DNA of 56,323 nucleotides from a virus: the IMG/VR virus record IMGVR_UViG_3300046788_000223, positions 1 through 56,323 of that record, one strand, 5' to 3'. The translations under genes were made by a program, and so were the position numbers. This document shows, one piece after another, positions 1 to 7,806 of this stretch (position 1 is the stretch's first letter; every line of letters begins with the position of its first letter). The notes beneath the pieces are model-generated. The model did no database searches. It was not told the origin of the DNA and saw only the letters and a program-made list of their open reading frames with translations.

Positions 1-127
1 TCTCTCTGTAGGGCGGCGATGGCGCGCGAGGCGGAAATTCGCGTGTCATACATGTAGGCCACAAGCAGCGAGAGAGCGGCGATCAAGACGATTTCAAGTC
101 GTGTCAGCCCCAGCACTCGCGCCTCCT
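1..127. repeat. Terminal direct repeat, copy 1 (circular-assembly overlap)
   Basis: Bases 1-127 are identical to 56197-56323, read directly from the sequence. Confidence 0.95.
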
Positions 128-761
128 AACGTTTCGTTGCCTTGCGGAACGGTCGCCCGCTCGCGCCGGTTGCATTCGGCTCACCAGCGGCGCGCTTCAT
201 GTCGCGCACCACGTGCCACATCACGAACTGATCGACGGCGAAACCGAGCCGCTTGCTCGCTGCCTTGGCCGCGTCGTCGTTTTCTTCATTCCTCACGCTG
301 AACCACTCTTGCCAGATGATGTCTTTCTGCGCGTCTGACCACTTGCGCTTCTGTCGGCCGCGCACGGCGGTGTGGCTCGGTTGGCGCCCGCGTGCGACGG
401 CCTCAAAGGCGTCAGAAAGCATTGCGCGGCGCTCTTTTGTGTCGCTTGTACGCCGGCCGCTGCCGATCTCAAGTATCTCGGCGCCCTTCTCGCGGACGTA
501 GTCCACAAACGCCATGATGCGCTCGCGCTTCTGCTTGGCGTCGCCCCTCTTGATGTTGACCAGGGAAAGCCACAGCACGGCGTATGTGCGACCGGGGCAC
601 GGGCGCGGGATGACCGCCTCAATGTCCTTCGCGCTGGCTTTGACCTCGATGGTCCCGCGCACGTCGGCCGTCTCAAGGGCGAGCCTTTGAGCCTCCAGCG
701 TGTGGTACTTGCTGTGAACATGGATCAGCAGCCCGAGGGTGTCGTTTTGCACAACTTGCAT
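126..761 (-). CDS. Serine-recombinase (resolvase/invertase)-like protein with a divergent catalytic motif
   Basis: 211-aa ORF. By eye it is collinear with the resolvase catalytic domain (LVNIKRGD, VREKGAEILEI, DTKERRAMLSDAFEAVARG) plus a C-terminal HTH-like tail. The N-terminal motif reads HVHSKY instead of Y-x-R-x-S. Confidence 0.45.
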   Translation of the reverse strand: MQVVQNDTLGLLIHVHSKYHTLEAQRLALETADVRGTIEVKASAKDIEAVIPRPCPGRTYAVLWLSLVNIKRGDAKQKRERIMAFVDYVREKGAEILEIGSGRRTSDTKERRAMLSDAFEAVARGRQPSHTAVRGRQKRKWSDAQKDIIWQEWFSVRNEENDDAAKAASKRLGFAVDQFVMWHVVRDMKRAAGEPNATGASGRPFRKATKR

Positions 762-768
762 GATTTAA

Positions 769-797
769 TAAATAGCACAGCACCTTTACAAAGGCAA
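769..797 (-). promoter_or_regulatory. Candidate sigma70-type promoter for ORF 126-761, possibly giving a leaderless mRNA
   Basis: The minus strand reads TTGCCT-N17-TATTTA, followed by 7 nt to the ATG at 761. No SD is visible. Confidence 0.3.
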
Positions 798-813
798 GCG
801 GTCGTGCTACATA
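785..813 (+). promoter_or_regulatory. Candidate sigma70-type promoter for the rightward small-gene cluster
   Basis: TTTACA-N17-TACATA lies upstream of AGGAGA-N6-ATG (863). Its -35 box is adjacent to the minus-strand -35 box. Confidence 0.35.
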
Positions 814-862
814 TCCACCCATCAGTCTGGCGCCTCGCAGTATCAGGGGCAGGAGATACCCG

Positions 863-1168
863 ATGATCAGCCACCCGAACCGCAGCAAGCATAACCGCCA
901 CCTCGCCGTAGACGTTCTGGCCACGCTCCAGAAGCTGCCGCCCGAGAGTTTTTCTGTGCTGCCGTCAGAGCCTAGACTGATCGGTATCCATCGCGGCATA
1001 CCCGGCTACACGCCCTTGAAGCTGTGCGAGAGCAAGGAAGCGGCGCACGAGATGGCGGCCCGGCTCAACGCAGAACGCGGCGTGGACGAGGCACAAGCCG
1101 AGGCGATGAAGTGCGGTTCAATGTTCGGCTGGCACACGCCGAGCGCTGATCCAGACCTGTACCGTTAG
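863..1168 (+). CDS. Hypothetical protein
   Basis: 101-aa ORF with a good SD (AGGAGA). No family recognised. Confidence 0.6.
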   Translation: MISHPNRSKHNRHLAVDVLATLQKLPPESFSVLPSEPRLIGIHRGIPGYTPLKLCESKEAAHEMAARLNAERGVDEAQAEAMKCGSMFGWHTPSADPDLYR

Positions 1169-1182
1169 CGGAGGCCTCTAAG

Positions 1183-1524
1183 ATGCGACGCAGGTACAAA
1201 GAGCGCGCTCTGACCGCTGCCGAGCTTGCCGCCGCGTGCGCGCAACCGCTCCTTGTCGTCACCAAGGCGGGCGCCCTACGCAACGGCGCCGAGCGTGGGC
1301 ACGGGGCGACTTGGCATCTCGCGCCCGGCAAGGATCACTGGAATGCGGGTCGAGCGCTCTGCGGTGCCGCGCCGGCCATCCAATGGACAACGTGGGGCAC
1401 GCCCAAGGCGACGTGTTCGCGCTGCCTACGCAAAGCGGAAGGTGAGATGACTAGATTGGGCGCCATCGGACTAATCGACCGCTCCGACGACATTCGTCTT
1501 ACCCTTCGCGCCAACCGCAGTTGA
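1183..1524 (+). CDS. Hypothetical protein
   Basis: 113-aa ORF, 15 nt after the previous stop. No family recognised. Confidence 0.55.
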   Translation: MRRRYKERALTAAELAAACAQPLLVVTKAGALRNGAERGHGATWHLAPGKDHWNAGRALCGAAPAIQWTTWGTPKATCSRCLRKAEGEMTRLGAIGLIDRSDDIRLTLRANRS

Positions 1525-1535
1525 GGCCCGAGGCC

Positions 1536-1673
1536 GTGACCACGCTGCAAATCAAAGTCGCTAACACCGGACTGAAAATCTGGAAGGGCAGAACGCCCAG
1601 TCAGATGACGGACGATGAGTGCCGCGAATTCCTAGATTTCATGTGGCGCCGCCTCGGCGTTCTCTACATATAG
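1536..1673 (+). CDS. Small hypothetical protein (45 aa, GTG start)
   Basis: Hand translation gives VTTLQIKVANTGLKIWKGRTPSQMTDDECREFLDFMWRRLGVLYI. It fills an otherwise empty gap. Confidence 0.3.
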   Translation: MTTLQIKVANTGLKIWKGRTPSQMTDDECREFLDFMWRRLGVLYI

Positions 1674-1687
1674 GAAAGGCCGCATCG

Positions 1688-1804
1688 ATGAGCTGGCTAG
1701 ACACTCCTGTAGAGCCGTGGGTTGCCACCACATTTTACATGATGGTGGGTGCTGCCCTCGTGCAGCTTGGGATGTGGGCACAGCGATGGATAGACCGCCT
1801 ATGA
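1688..1804 (+). CDS. Small membrane protein (38 aa)
   Basis: ATG with GGAAAGG upstream. One hydrophobic segment (ATTFYMMVGAALVQLGMWA). Confidence 0.35.
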   Translation: MSWLDTPVEPWVATTFYMMVGAALVQLGMWAQRWIDRL

Positions 1805-2025
1805 AACTGCGTGAGGCGACCCCCGTCCTGCTGAAGCGGTACAAGACCGGCACTGTCGACGTGCAGCTTACTTGGCCGAACGGCATCCTGCGAACTTTCA
1901 GTGTGCCGACTGAGGGGCACGCAATGCAACTCATCAGTGCTGCGCGCTCAGACAATTACACATGGCGTAGGCTGAGAGAGTACCGTCATACGCTTGAGCT
2001 TCGCGACATTGTCGCGACCCTATAA
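1801..2025 (+). CDS. Hypothetical protein (74 aa)
   Basis: ATGA overlap with the previous ORF. The in-frame part of track ORF 1717-2025 is protein-like. Confidence 0.5.
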   Translation: MKLREATPVLLKRYKTGTVDVQLTWPNGILRTFSVPTEGHAMQLISAARSDNYTWRRLREYRHTLELRDIVATL

Positions 2026-2143
2026 GAAAGGCCACCCAAGGTGGCAGCTACAAGGAACAAGACAAAAATAAGCGCTCAGCTGTGCATGAGTGCTGCAACG
2101 ACTGCCGACGCCAGGAAGGCTATGGCCCCTAGAAGCATCCTAT

Positions 2144-2494
2144 CTAACCACCAATTAAGCTCTTGATGGCCTCTGGGAGGACTGTCATTACGGAGCTTCG
2201 TAACGCCCCAGGCGCTATGTGCCCGATGCATCCTAAGATGATGAGGCCAATCAGCGTGGCTATCTTCGCCCACGGCAGATGGTGGCCGTTCCCGTTCTTG
2301 CCATTGCCATTCTTCCGGCGATCCACGTGCCTGATATAGGCCAGTACCTCCCTGTGCTGCTCCGTTGTGGCCCGCTCCCTGTCGTCTATCCTGCGGTGCA
2401 GTTCTTGGAACCCCATAGAGACCACCGTCTCTATGCGGGTCATGGTCTGAATAATCCAGGCCGTCTCCATGTGCCATTTATCCCCCCTTACCAA
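2144..2494 (-). CDS. Hypothetical single-pass membrane protein (start uncertain: 2494, or ATG at 2470)
   Basis: Hydrophilic N-terminus, a KNGNGKNGNG repeat, then a TM segment (WAKIATLIGLIILGCIGHI). It is separated from the lysis cassette only by the HNH gene. Confidence 0.5.
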   Translation of the reverse strand: MVRGDKWHMETAWIIQTMTRIETVVSMGFQELHRRIDDRERATTEQHREVLAYIRHVDRRKNGNGKNGNGHHLPWAKIATLIGLIILGCIGHIAPGALRSSVMTVLPEAIKSLIGG

Positions 2495-2510
2495 AAGATG
2501 AGGACCATCG

Positions 2511-2972
2511 ATGTCGATATACCCATCAGCTAAGCGTAGGCTGCTTGCGGGACTTTCACCTGAGCCGAACTCTGGATGTTGGTTATGGACAGGCTACATT
2601 CGCCCACATAATGCCTATGGCGCTATTTGGGCGGAAGGCAGATCTCAGCAGGTTCACCGATTGGCTTATGCCCTATTTAAGGGGCCGATCCCTGACAATC
2701 TATGCGTTCTTCACAAATGTGACACTAGACTCTGCGCCAATCCGGATCATTTATTTCTCGGTACTCAGACCGACAACATGCGCGACTGCTGGCTTAAAGG
2801 CAGACATACCGGCCAGATACTGATGCGCTTAGAACGATGCAGGCGGTGTGGCAACGAAAAAACAAAAGAAAACACGGTCATTAGGCGAAGCGGAAGAGCG
2901 GAATGCATTCCTTGCAGAAATGCAGACAACATGAAATATAGGGCTCGAAGGAAATCCAGATCCGCTTTATGA
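2511..2972 (+). CDS. HNH homing endonuclease
   Basis: CWLWTGY..YG, VHRLAY, HKCDTRLCANPDHLFLGTQTDNMRD and a C-terminal CxxC..CxxC. This is the classic HNH_3 pattern. Confidence 0.85.
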   Translation: MSIYPSAKRRLLAGLSPEPNSGCWLWTGYIRPHNAYGAIWAEGRSQQVHRLAYALFKGPIPDNLCVLHKCDTRLCANPDHLFLGTQTDNMRDCWLKGRHTGQILMRLERCRRCGNEKTKENTVIRRSGRAECIPCRNADNMKYRARRKSRSAL

Positions 2973-3251
2973 TGTTGGCTTCTTCTGCTCCCTCAACAAC
3001 ACCCGCAACTCCTCATAGCATGCGCTTCGATACGCACTGGCGATCCGATGCGCTTGCTTGAATGCAAGCCTATCCTTGGCCGCCGCTAAGTCCGTTATGT
3101 CCTCATCTGGGAGCGTCGGCGCTTTTGGCGTTGGCCGTTGCGCTGTGTCGCAATGCAATGGGATCTCTGGGAGGTCTTGGGTCACATAGATCGGCGCTTG
3201 TTGAGTGGCGCAACCTCCCAACAGCAGGAGCAACATCAGGCCGCGAGTCAT
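2967..3251 (-). CDS. Outer-membrane lipoprotein spanin (o-spanin)
   Basis: Lipobox LLLLGGC near the N-terminus. 94 aa. A 4-nt overlap with the upstream i-spanin-like gene. Sits at the end of the lysis cassette. Confidence 0.7.
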   Translation of the reverse strand: MTRGLMLLLLLGGCATQQAPIYVTQDLPEIPLHCDTAQRPTPKAPTLPDEDITDLAAAKDRLAFKQAHRIASAYRSACYEELRVLLREQKKPTS

Positions 3252-3637
3252 TTATTAAGTTCCTGCGCTACCTTACGCGGGAAACAAATCACCCTGCCTT
3301 GCGGATTGCATTGATGATCAGCTAGCTTTTTCTCGAGACCGTTTATGATGCCTTCGCTGACATCAAGCTCCTGAAGCAAATCTTTCTCGGCTCGAGCACC
3401 GATTGCCGTCGCCTGTTTTTCGGCCCGCTGGCGCAATAGCAGTTGCTGAACTCTGGCATTTGCCATTTGCGTTGCCATTTTGGCCCGCTCCTCTTGCCGG
3501 GCATCTTCCCGAAGCCACCAGAAACCGAGGCCGAGTCCAACGAATATGATGACGGCAACCGTAACAATAGCGACAGCCTGGGCGGCGATGCCTGAGAGCT
3601 TTTGGAGCCACCATGCGCCGGAAAGGAGGGCGATCAT
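3248..3637 (-). CDS. Inner-membrane spanin (i-spanin)
   Basis: N-terminal TM segment followed by a charged coiled-coil region. Lies immediately upstream of the lipoprotein gene. Confidence 0.65.
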   Translation of the reverse strand: MIALLSGAWWLQKLSGIAAQAVAIVTVAVIIFVGLGLGFWWLREDARQEERAKMATQMANARVQQLLLRQRAEKQATAIGARAEKDLLQELDVSEGIINGLEKKLADHQCNPQGRVICFPRKVAQELNK

Positions 3638-4680
3638 TGCTCTTGCGATGTTGGAGATGGTTGCGAGAGAATACTTGCTAGAGTTGCGCCGCCCACTGGA
3701 GCTGCGGCAGCCAACCCATACTTCCTCAGTATCTCTATGATCTCAGGAGACCAGACGACGTAATTGCTTGAACCCTCGCCCTTAGCTCTTGACCCCTGGT
3801 CTAGGTAGCGGATGCCGGGGATGCCGGCTTCACGAAGCGCCTCAACCGCTCCGACGCCAGGGCCTTCTGGATGGTGAGAACTGGCTTTCTCGAATGACTG
3901 ATAGTGCGCTTCTCCAGCATTCTCCGGACGCAGCGGAACTTTGTAACCTGTAACGCCCTGCAATTTTCTATAGGCGTCCTGAAGCTGCGCAGGCTGCCCG
4001 CTCAGCGGCTTATCCCAGTCCAGGAATGACTCTGGTGAGGCGTGAAGGGCGACTTCGTACATCTTGCCGGGCGAAATCTGAGGAAGCTGCTGACCCCGCT
4101 CAAGCGCCGCCGCTGCCGTTCGCAACCTTTGCGCATAGCCTGGATCTGCAAGCCTATTACGCTCGGCTTTCGCGCGGAGCTCCACAATGGCCTTGGCTGG
4201 ATCTCCGCCAACGTCATGCAGCGTTAGAGCGCCCTGATGTCGCCAGTCGTATTCGTCAAACGGCTTTCCCCCTACGATGTTGCCAGCCAGATTGTCGCGA
4301 TAGCCTTTCGCAACTGGCTCATGCTCCGCAAAATACAACCCATGCCCATAGGCTTGGGCTCCTTCTCCGGTGCCGATCTTGGATAGGTCGAAGGCATCGA
4401 AGTCATGGGGAGAGCCGTGATAGGCTTTGATTGGATTGGGAACACGAACTGGAGCGCGCGGCCCAATGAGGCCCGCCAACACATCCATAGCTCCCGAAGG
4501 CAGGCGACTGGCTAAAGGCTCGTTAAAACCTAAGGGACTCTGAATAGGCCCGCCGGGCGCCGACCGAACCTCAGTGTAGTTAGGGTTGACCGTATCCCCT
4601 TCCACGGCCTGCCGGACAGGCGATCGGTAAGTCATCGCCGGATCAAGACCAGCCAGGATCCGCGCCAAATCGTCAGACAT
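3634..4680 (-). CDS. ADP-ribosyltransferase-fold (PARP-like, H-Y-x) protein of the polyvalent-protein type
   Basis: AYHGSPHDFDAF...GEGAQAYGHGLYFAEHEPVAKGY resembles the HGS / GxGxYFA NAD-binding signature. It is followed by MYEVALHASPESFLDWDKPLSGQ. Assignment is by eye only. Confidence 0.45.
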   Translation of the reverse strand: MSDDLARILAGLDPAMTYRSPVRQAVEGDTVNPNYTEVRSAPGGPIQSPLGFNEPLASRLPSGAMDVLAGLIGPRAPVRVPNPIKAYHGSPHDFDAFDLSKIGTGEGAQAYGHGLYFAEHEPVAKGYRDNLAGNIVGGKPFDEYDWRHQGALTLHDVGGDPAKAIVELRAKAERNRLADPGYAQRLRTAAAALERGQQLPQISPGKMYEVALHASPESFLDWDKPLSGQPAQLQDAYRKLQGVTGYKVPLRPENAGEAHYQSFEKASSHHPEGPGVGAVEALREAGIPGIRYLDQGSRAKGEGSSNYVVWSPEIIEILRKYGLAAAAPVGGATLASILSQPSPTSQEQ

Positions 4681-5503
4681 GCTTTCTGCGCCAAAGCCAA
4701 GTTGTAACAGCGCCGAATAAGGCTAGAGCACCGACCCAAACCAGAGGCTCTTGCAAAGCCGCTAAAACGAGCCCTGAGAGGGTGAACTTGCCGCTGGCTG
4801 TATACCTAGCCACGATACCCGGACCGGCCGCCACAAGCCCTCCTGACCCCCCTAGCGTTAATCCTGCTTGGGTGGCGAGGGGAGGGGCTGGGTTTTGGGC
4901 TGGCGCACGGCCTTGGGAGGCTGCTTGGAGGTCCGGATCGGGGTTTGGCTTGGGTAAATCGGCCGGGGGCACAAAGGCGATTATATTGCCAGCCGATGCC
5001 ATGGCGGCGTGCTCGATGCCGTCGCATCGGCTCATCCAGCCTCGGCCGAAATACTGGAACGTGCTCAAGCTGCGTAGGTAGGCGCGGCGAGCATCCATGT
5101 ATTTCGCGATCAGCCCGTGCACATCTCCGGATTGATGAACCGCGTCGATGGTTTGGGTTCCCATGTGGCCATCGGCCACAATGCCTAGGCACTGCTGCAG
5201 CTTGCGAATAGCCGTCACAGGGCCTGAATTTATGCCGAAGTCGTTGGTTGCCAGATCCAGCCCTGGCGGCAATTCATCGGCGCGAACCGGCATCCAGTAG
5301 GAGGAGCGGTAGATATCCCTTAGCTCATCCTCTGAAATGTTGCGCACCGTTTGCGTCTGCAAGCCGCGTTTCCGCCTATAGGCATCATATTCTTTCTGGA
5401 TGATGCCCTTCATGGTCGCCCCACCGGGGTCGTGGGCATCATTAGAAAAATTGCCTTCCCATTTAAGGGTCTCGGCAAGGCAAGCGCTGAAGCGATCCAC
5501 CAC
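4673..5503 (-). CDS. Endolysin: GH108 lysozyme-like domain + PG_binding_3-like domain, with a C-terminal TM anchor
   Basis: TLKWEGNFSNDAHDPGGATMKGI is the GH108 signature. ADGHMGTQTIDAV looks like a peptidoglycan-binding motif. The C-terminus LVWVGALALFGAVTTWLWRRKHV is hydrophobic. Confidence 0.8.
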   Translation of the reverse strand: MVDRFSACLAETLKWEGNFSNDAHDPGGATMKGIIQKEYDAYRRKRGLQTQTVRNISEDELRDIYRSSYWMPVRADELPPGLDLATNDFGINSGPVTAIRKLQQCLGIVADGHMGTQTIDAVHQSGDVHGLIAKYMDARRAYLRSLSTFQYFGRGWMSRCDGIEHAAMASAGNIIAFVPPADLPKPNPDPDLQAASQGRAPAQNPAPPLATQAGLTLGGSGGLVAAGPGIVARYTASGKFTLSGLVLAALQEPLVWVGALALFGAVTTWLWRRKHV

Positions 5504-5505
5504 GA

Positions 5506-6036
5506 TCAGCTCATCGGGTTAATGTGGATGGTAACGACGGCGGTCGCCGTGGCGCCTTCAGCCGTTGCAACGCGCCAGTAGAGAGTTCCGACTGCCCACG
5601 ACTGCGTATTCTGGTTGCCGACCGTCATAGACTGCATGTTGGCGTTGGTGCCCTCGGCGGTTGCCGTGACGGTAATAGTAGTTCCACCAGTGACGATCGC
5701 GGTGCCGGTCGCCCCCGCCCCCGTGTAAAGCCCAGCCGTCGCTGTGCTGATATCGTGGCTTGCTCCTGATATGAACACGCCAGCGACCCGGTAGCGCGTG
5801 AAACCGCTCGGCAGCGTTATTGTGAACGACGTGTCTGTGTTACCCGAATTGAAATTGACAGACTGAGCAAAGGCAAGAGTTGCAGGGTATTGCGAAACAA
5901 CCGTGTTGAGCGCCGTTTTAAGGTCGTTCAGCGTGCTGGTTGCGTCGGTTGGGTCGATAGTCGTTCCCTGCACAGGCTGTGCAAAGCTGTTCGTCGGCAG
6001 CGCGTAGGTTTTGGTGTACGTCCCTGAGATGGCCAT
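5506..6036 (-). CDS. Hypothetical virion protein, fibre-associated by position
   Basis: 176 aa, rich in Thr/Ala/Gly and beta-rich in character. Start overlaps the fibre gene stop. Confidence 0.55.
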   Translation of the reverse strand: MAISGTYTKTYALPTNSFAQPVQGTTIDPTDATSTLNDLKTALNTVVSQYPATLAFAQSVNFNSGNTDTSFTITLPSGFTRYRVAGVFISGASHDISTATAGLYTGAGATGTAIVTGGTTITVTATAEGTNANMQSMTVGNQNTQSWAVGTLYWRVATAEGATATAVVTIHINPMS

Positions 6037-7172
6037 TATTGGAAAATCTCCTGGGCGATAAGGGTTGTGGCTTGTGCTCCGCCGTACTTTCGACCAGCAG
6101 TGCTGTTGCCGTTCATGAATGAGTTGCCGGAATTTGATCCTACGCGAAGCGCGATCGTTTGGGCGCTCGTGCTGCCGGGGGCATACGAATACTCAAAGGA
6201 GCATGGGTATTCTGTGTTAACGCTAGTGGTCTGGAATACCGCAGCCTGCACCGCATCCGATCCCCCATTTACGAATAGCGCGGCCGTCATGGGTCCTGCC
6301 GACGCGACGCCGCCTTGACCTGCAAAACTGACTTTGATTTTACTGGTGGATCGAATTGGCGTTATGGAGATTGATATAATCTCGGTGCCCTCGCCGATCT
6401 GCGGGATTGTATCGTCATAGGGGATCGTGCCGCTGATCGTCGTGTTAGTCGCATAGGTTCCGGCGGCATAAGCTGGGATGATTGCTTGGAACGTCGGCGT
6501 AGAGCCCGCGCCATTTGAAAGGAGCGCTTGGCCGGACGAACCGACAGAGGCTACGGATTGGAACGCTCCAGTCGAAGTCGTACCGCCGCAGAGGACGGCA
6601 TAGGCCGTCGCAGATGTTATGCCTGTCCCGCCTCCGGCAACGACCGCCGTCCCATAGACTGGATCTGAGCTCGATCCCTGGCTGATAAGGGGAACGCCAG
6701 ATGTTGCGCTGGGCGCCACTAGGGTAAGCGCTGACGTTCCGTTGCCGACGAGCAGGTAATGCGCGGTGAGTGCGCTGACGCCTGTGCCGCCATCGGCAAC
6801 CGCAACGTCGGTCCCGCCGCTTACATAGGCCGTTCCAGTCCCGACCTTGAGAGCGAGACCGCTAGCGACCGTCAATCCGGTCGTGTCCCATTCCCAGATT
6901 TTGGTGGAGTTGGCGGCGGCGCCCCAGTTGTTGCTTCCGATCCTGTAGAAGCCGCCCGTTGTCTCAGAACCAAAGGTGATGCCAGGAGCAGAGACCGAAC
7001 CAACCGCCGCCTTGAACGGGCCAGACATGGAGGTCTGGCCGTCTGTGCAAAGCGAGCTCGTTAGCATGGACGCCACATCCGAAAAGTTCGCATTCATAGT
7101 CGAACTTTGGATTGTGGTTCCTGCGCTGAACGAGTTCGGAATGGAAGCTGTGCCTGATCCGTTGCGGGCCAA
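6036..7172 (-). CDS. Tail fibre protein
   Basis: N-terminus SGPFKAAVGSVSAPGITFGSETTGGFYRIGSN is typical of phage fibre N-termini. The rest is long and Gly/Thr/Ser-rich. Confidence 0.65.
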   Translation of the reverse strand: MARNGSGTASIPNSFSAGTTIQSSTMNANFSDVASMLTSSLCTDGQTSMSGPFKAAVGSVSAPGITFGSETTGGFYRIGSNNWGAAANSTKIWEWDTTGLTVASGLALKVGTGTAYVSGGTDVAVADGGTGVSALTAHYLLVGNGTSALTLVAPSATSGVPLISQGSSSDPVYGTAVVAGGGTGITSATAYAVLCGGTTSTGAFQSVASVGSSGQALLSNGAGSTPTFQAIIPAYAAGTYATNTTISGTIPYDDTIPQIGEGTEIISISITPIRSTSKIKVSFAGQGGVASAGPMTAALFVNGGSDAVQAAVFQTTSVNTEYPCSFEYSYAPGSTSAQTIALRVGSNSGNSFMNGNSTAGRKYGGAQATTLIAQEIFQ

Positions 7173-7182
7173 AATCGCCTCC

Positions 7183-7803
7183 TTACTTAGTCGTGAATGT
7201 CCCGGTCATCTGCGGTCGCAATAGCGACGCTGCCCAAGGCTGCTGCGGCTGTTGGGGCTGGGTCTGAGTGCCCTGCTGGGGCTGGAAGATGTTTCCTATG
7301 GGCGTGGGCTGCTGTTGGGTCTGCGCGCTTGGGGCGGCAAACGTCCCAGTGGCTTGGCCGCCCAAGGCGGTTGGCGGCGGCGCTGGCTGCGTGACCTGCC
7401 CGGGCAGTTGGACCGGAGGCGCTTGGGTTGGGCTATTGGCAAAGGTGCCAGTCATTTGCCCGCCAGTTGGCGCTTGCGCTGGGGGCGGCGCCATAGGAAC
7501 CCGCCAAGGCATCATGGGTTGCTGAGTTCCGAGTGGAGTTTGGCCGCCTTGGCCCATCTGTGGTGGCGGCTGAGTGCCCGTGATAGGGCTCTGGCCTATC
7601 GGAGGCTTCTGGCCCGTGCCGGTGCCGCCCCAAGGCTCCCTAGGCATTCCCCAAGGCATTTGGCCGCCACCTCCGGTTGGAAGGCCGCCTTGGGCGAACC
7701 TCTGCCTGAACTGCTGTATTCGCTGCATCCAGTCGTTCGGATTTTGACCTCCGGACGCGAGCGTGTTGGCTAGATCGCCGAAGGGATTTGGATAGCCTGC
7801 CAT
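7183..7803 (-). CDS. Pro/Gln/Gly-rich low-complexity protein
   Basis: 206 aa. The motif GGQ(M/A)TGTFA appears three times. Compositionally extreme. Confidence 0.55.
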   Translation of the reverse strand: MAGYPNPFGDLANTLASGGQNPNDWMQRIQQFRQRFAQGGLPTGGGGQMPWGMPREPWGGTGTGQKPPIGQSPITGTQPPPQMGQGGQTPLGTQQPMMPWRVPMAPPPAQAPTGGQMTGTFANSPTQAPPVQLPGQVTQPAPPPTALGGQATGTFAAPSAQTQQQPTPIGNIFQPQQGTQTQPQQPQQPWAASLLRPQMTGTFTTK

Positions 7804-7806
7804 TGC

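Noticed and set aside
1-127. The terminal repeats as att sites, LTRs or transposon ends
   Set aside because: The copies are direct, exact, sit precisely at the two ends of the window, and cut through an ORF. This fits a circular-assembly overlap.
2031-2045. Terminator hairpin between the convergent genes ending at 2025 and 2144
   Set aside because: The stem is only 5-6 bp (GCCACC/GGTGGC) with a 3-5 nt loop and no T-tract. That is too weak to annotate.
2076-2477. Alternative-frame 133-aa ORF with a strong AAGGGGGG SD
   Set aside because: Most of the product is Arg/Gly/Pro/His/Trp-rich, typical of an off-frame translation in GC-rich DNA. The overlapping frame 2144-2494 looks like a real protein. 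Some ambiguity remains.
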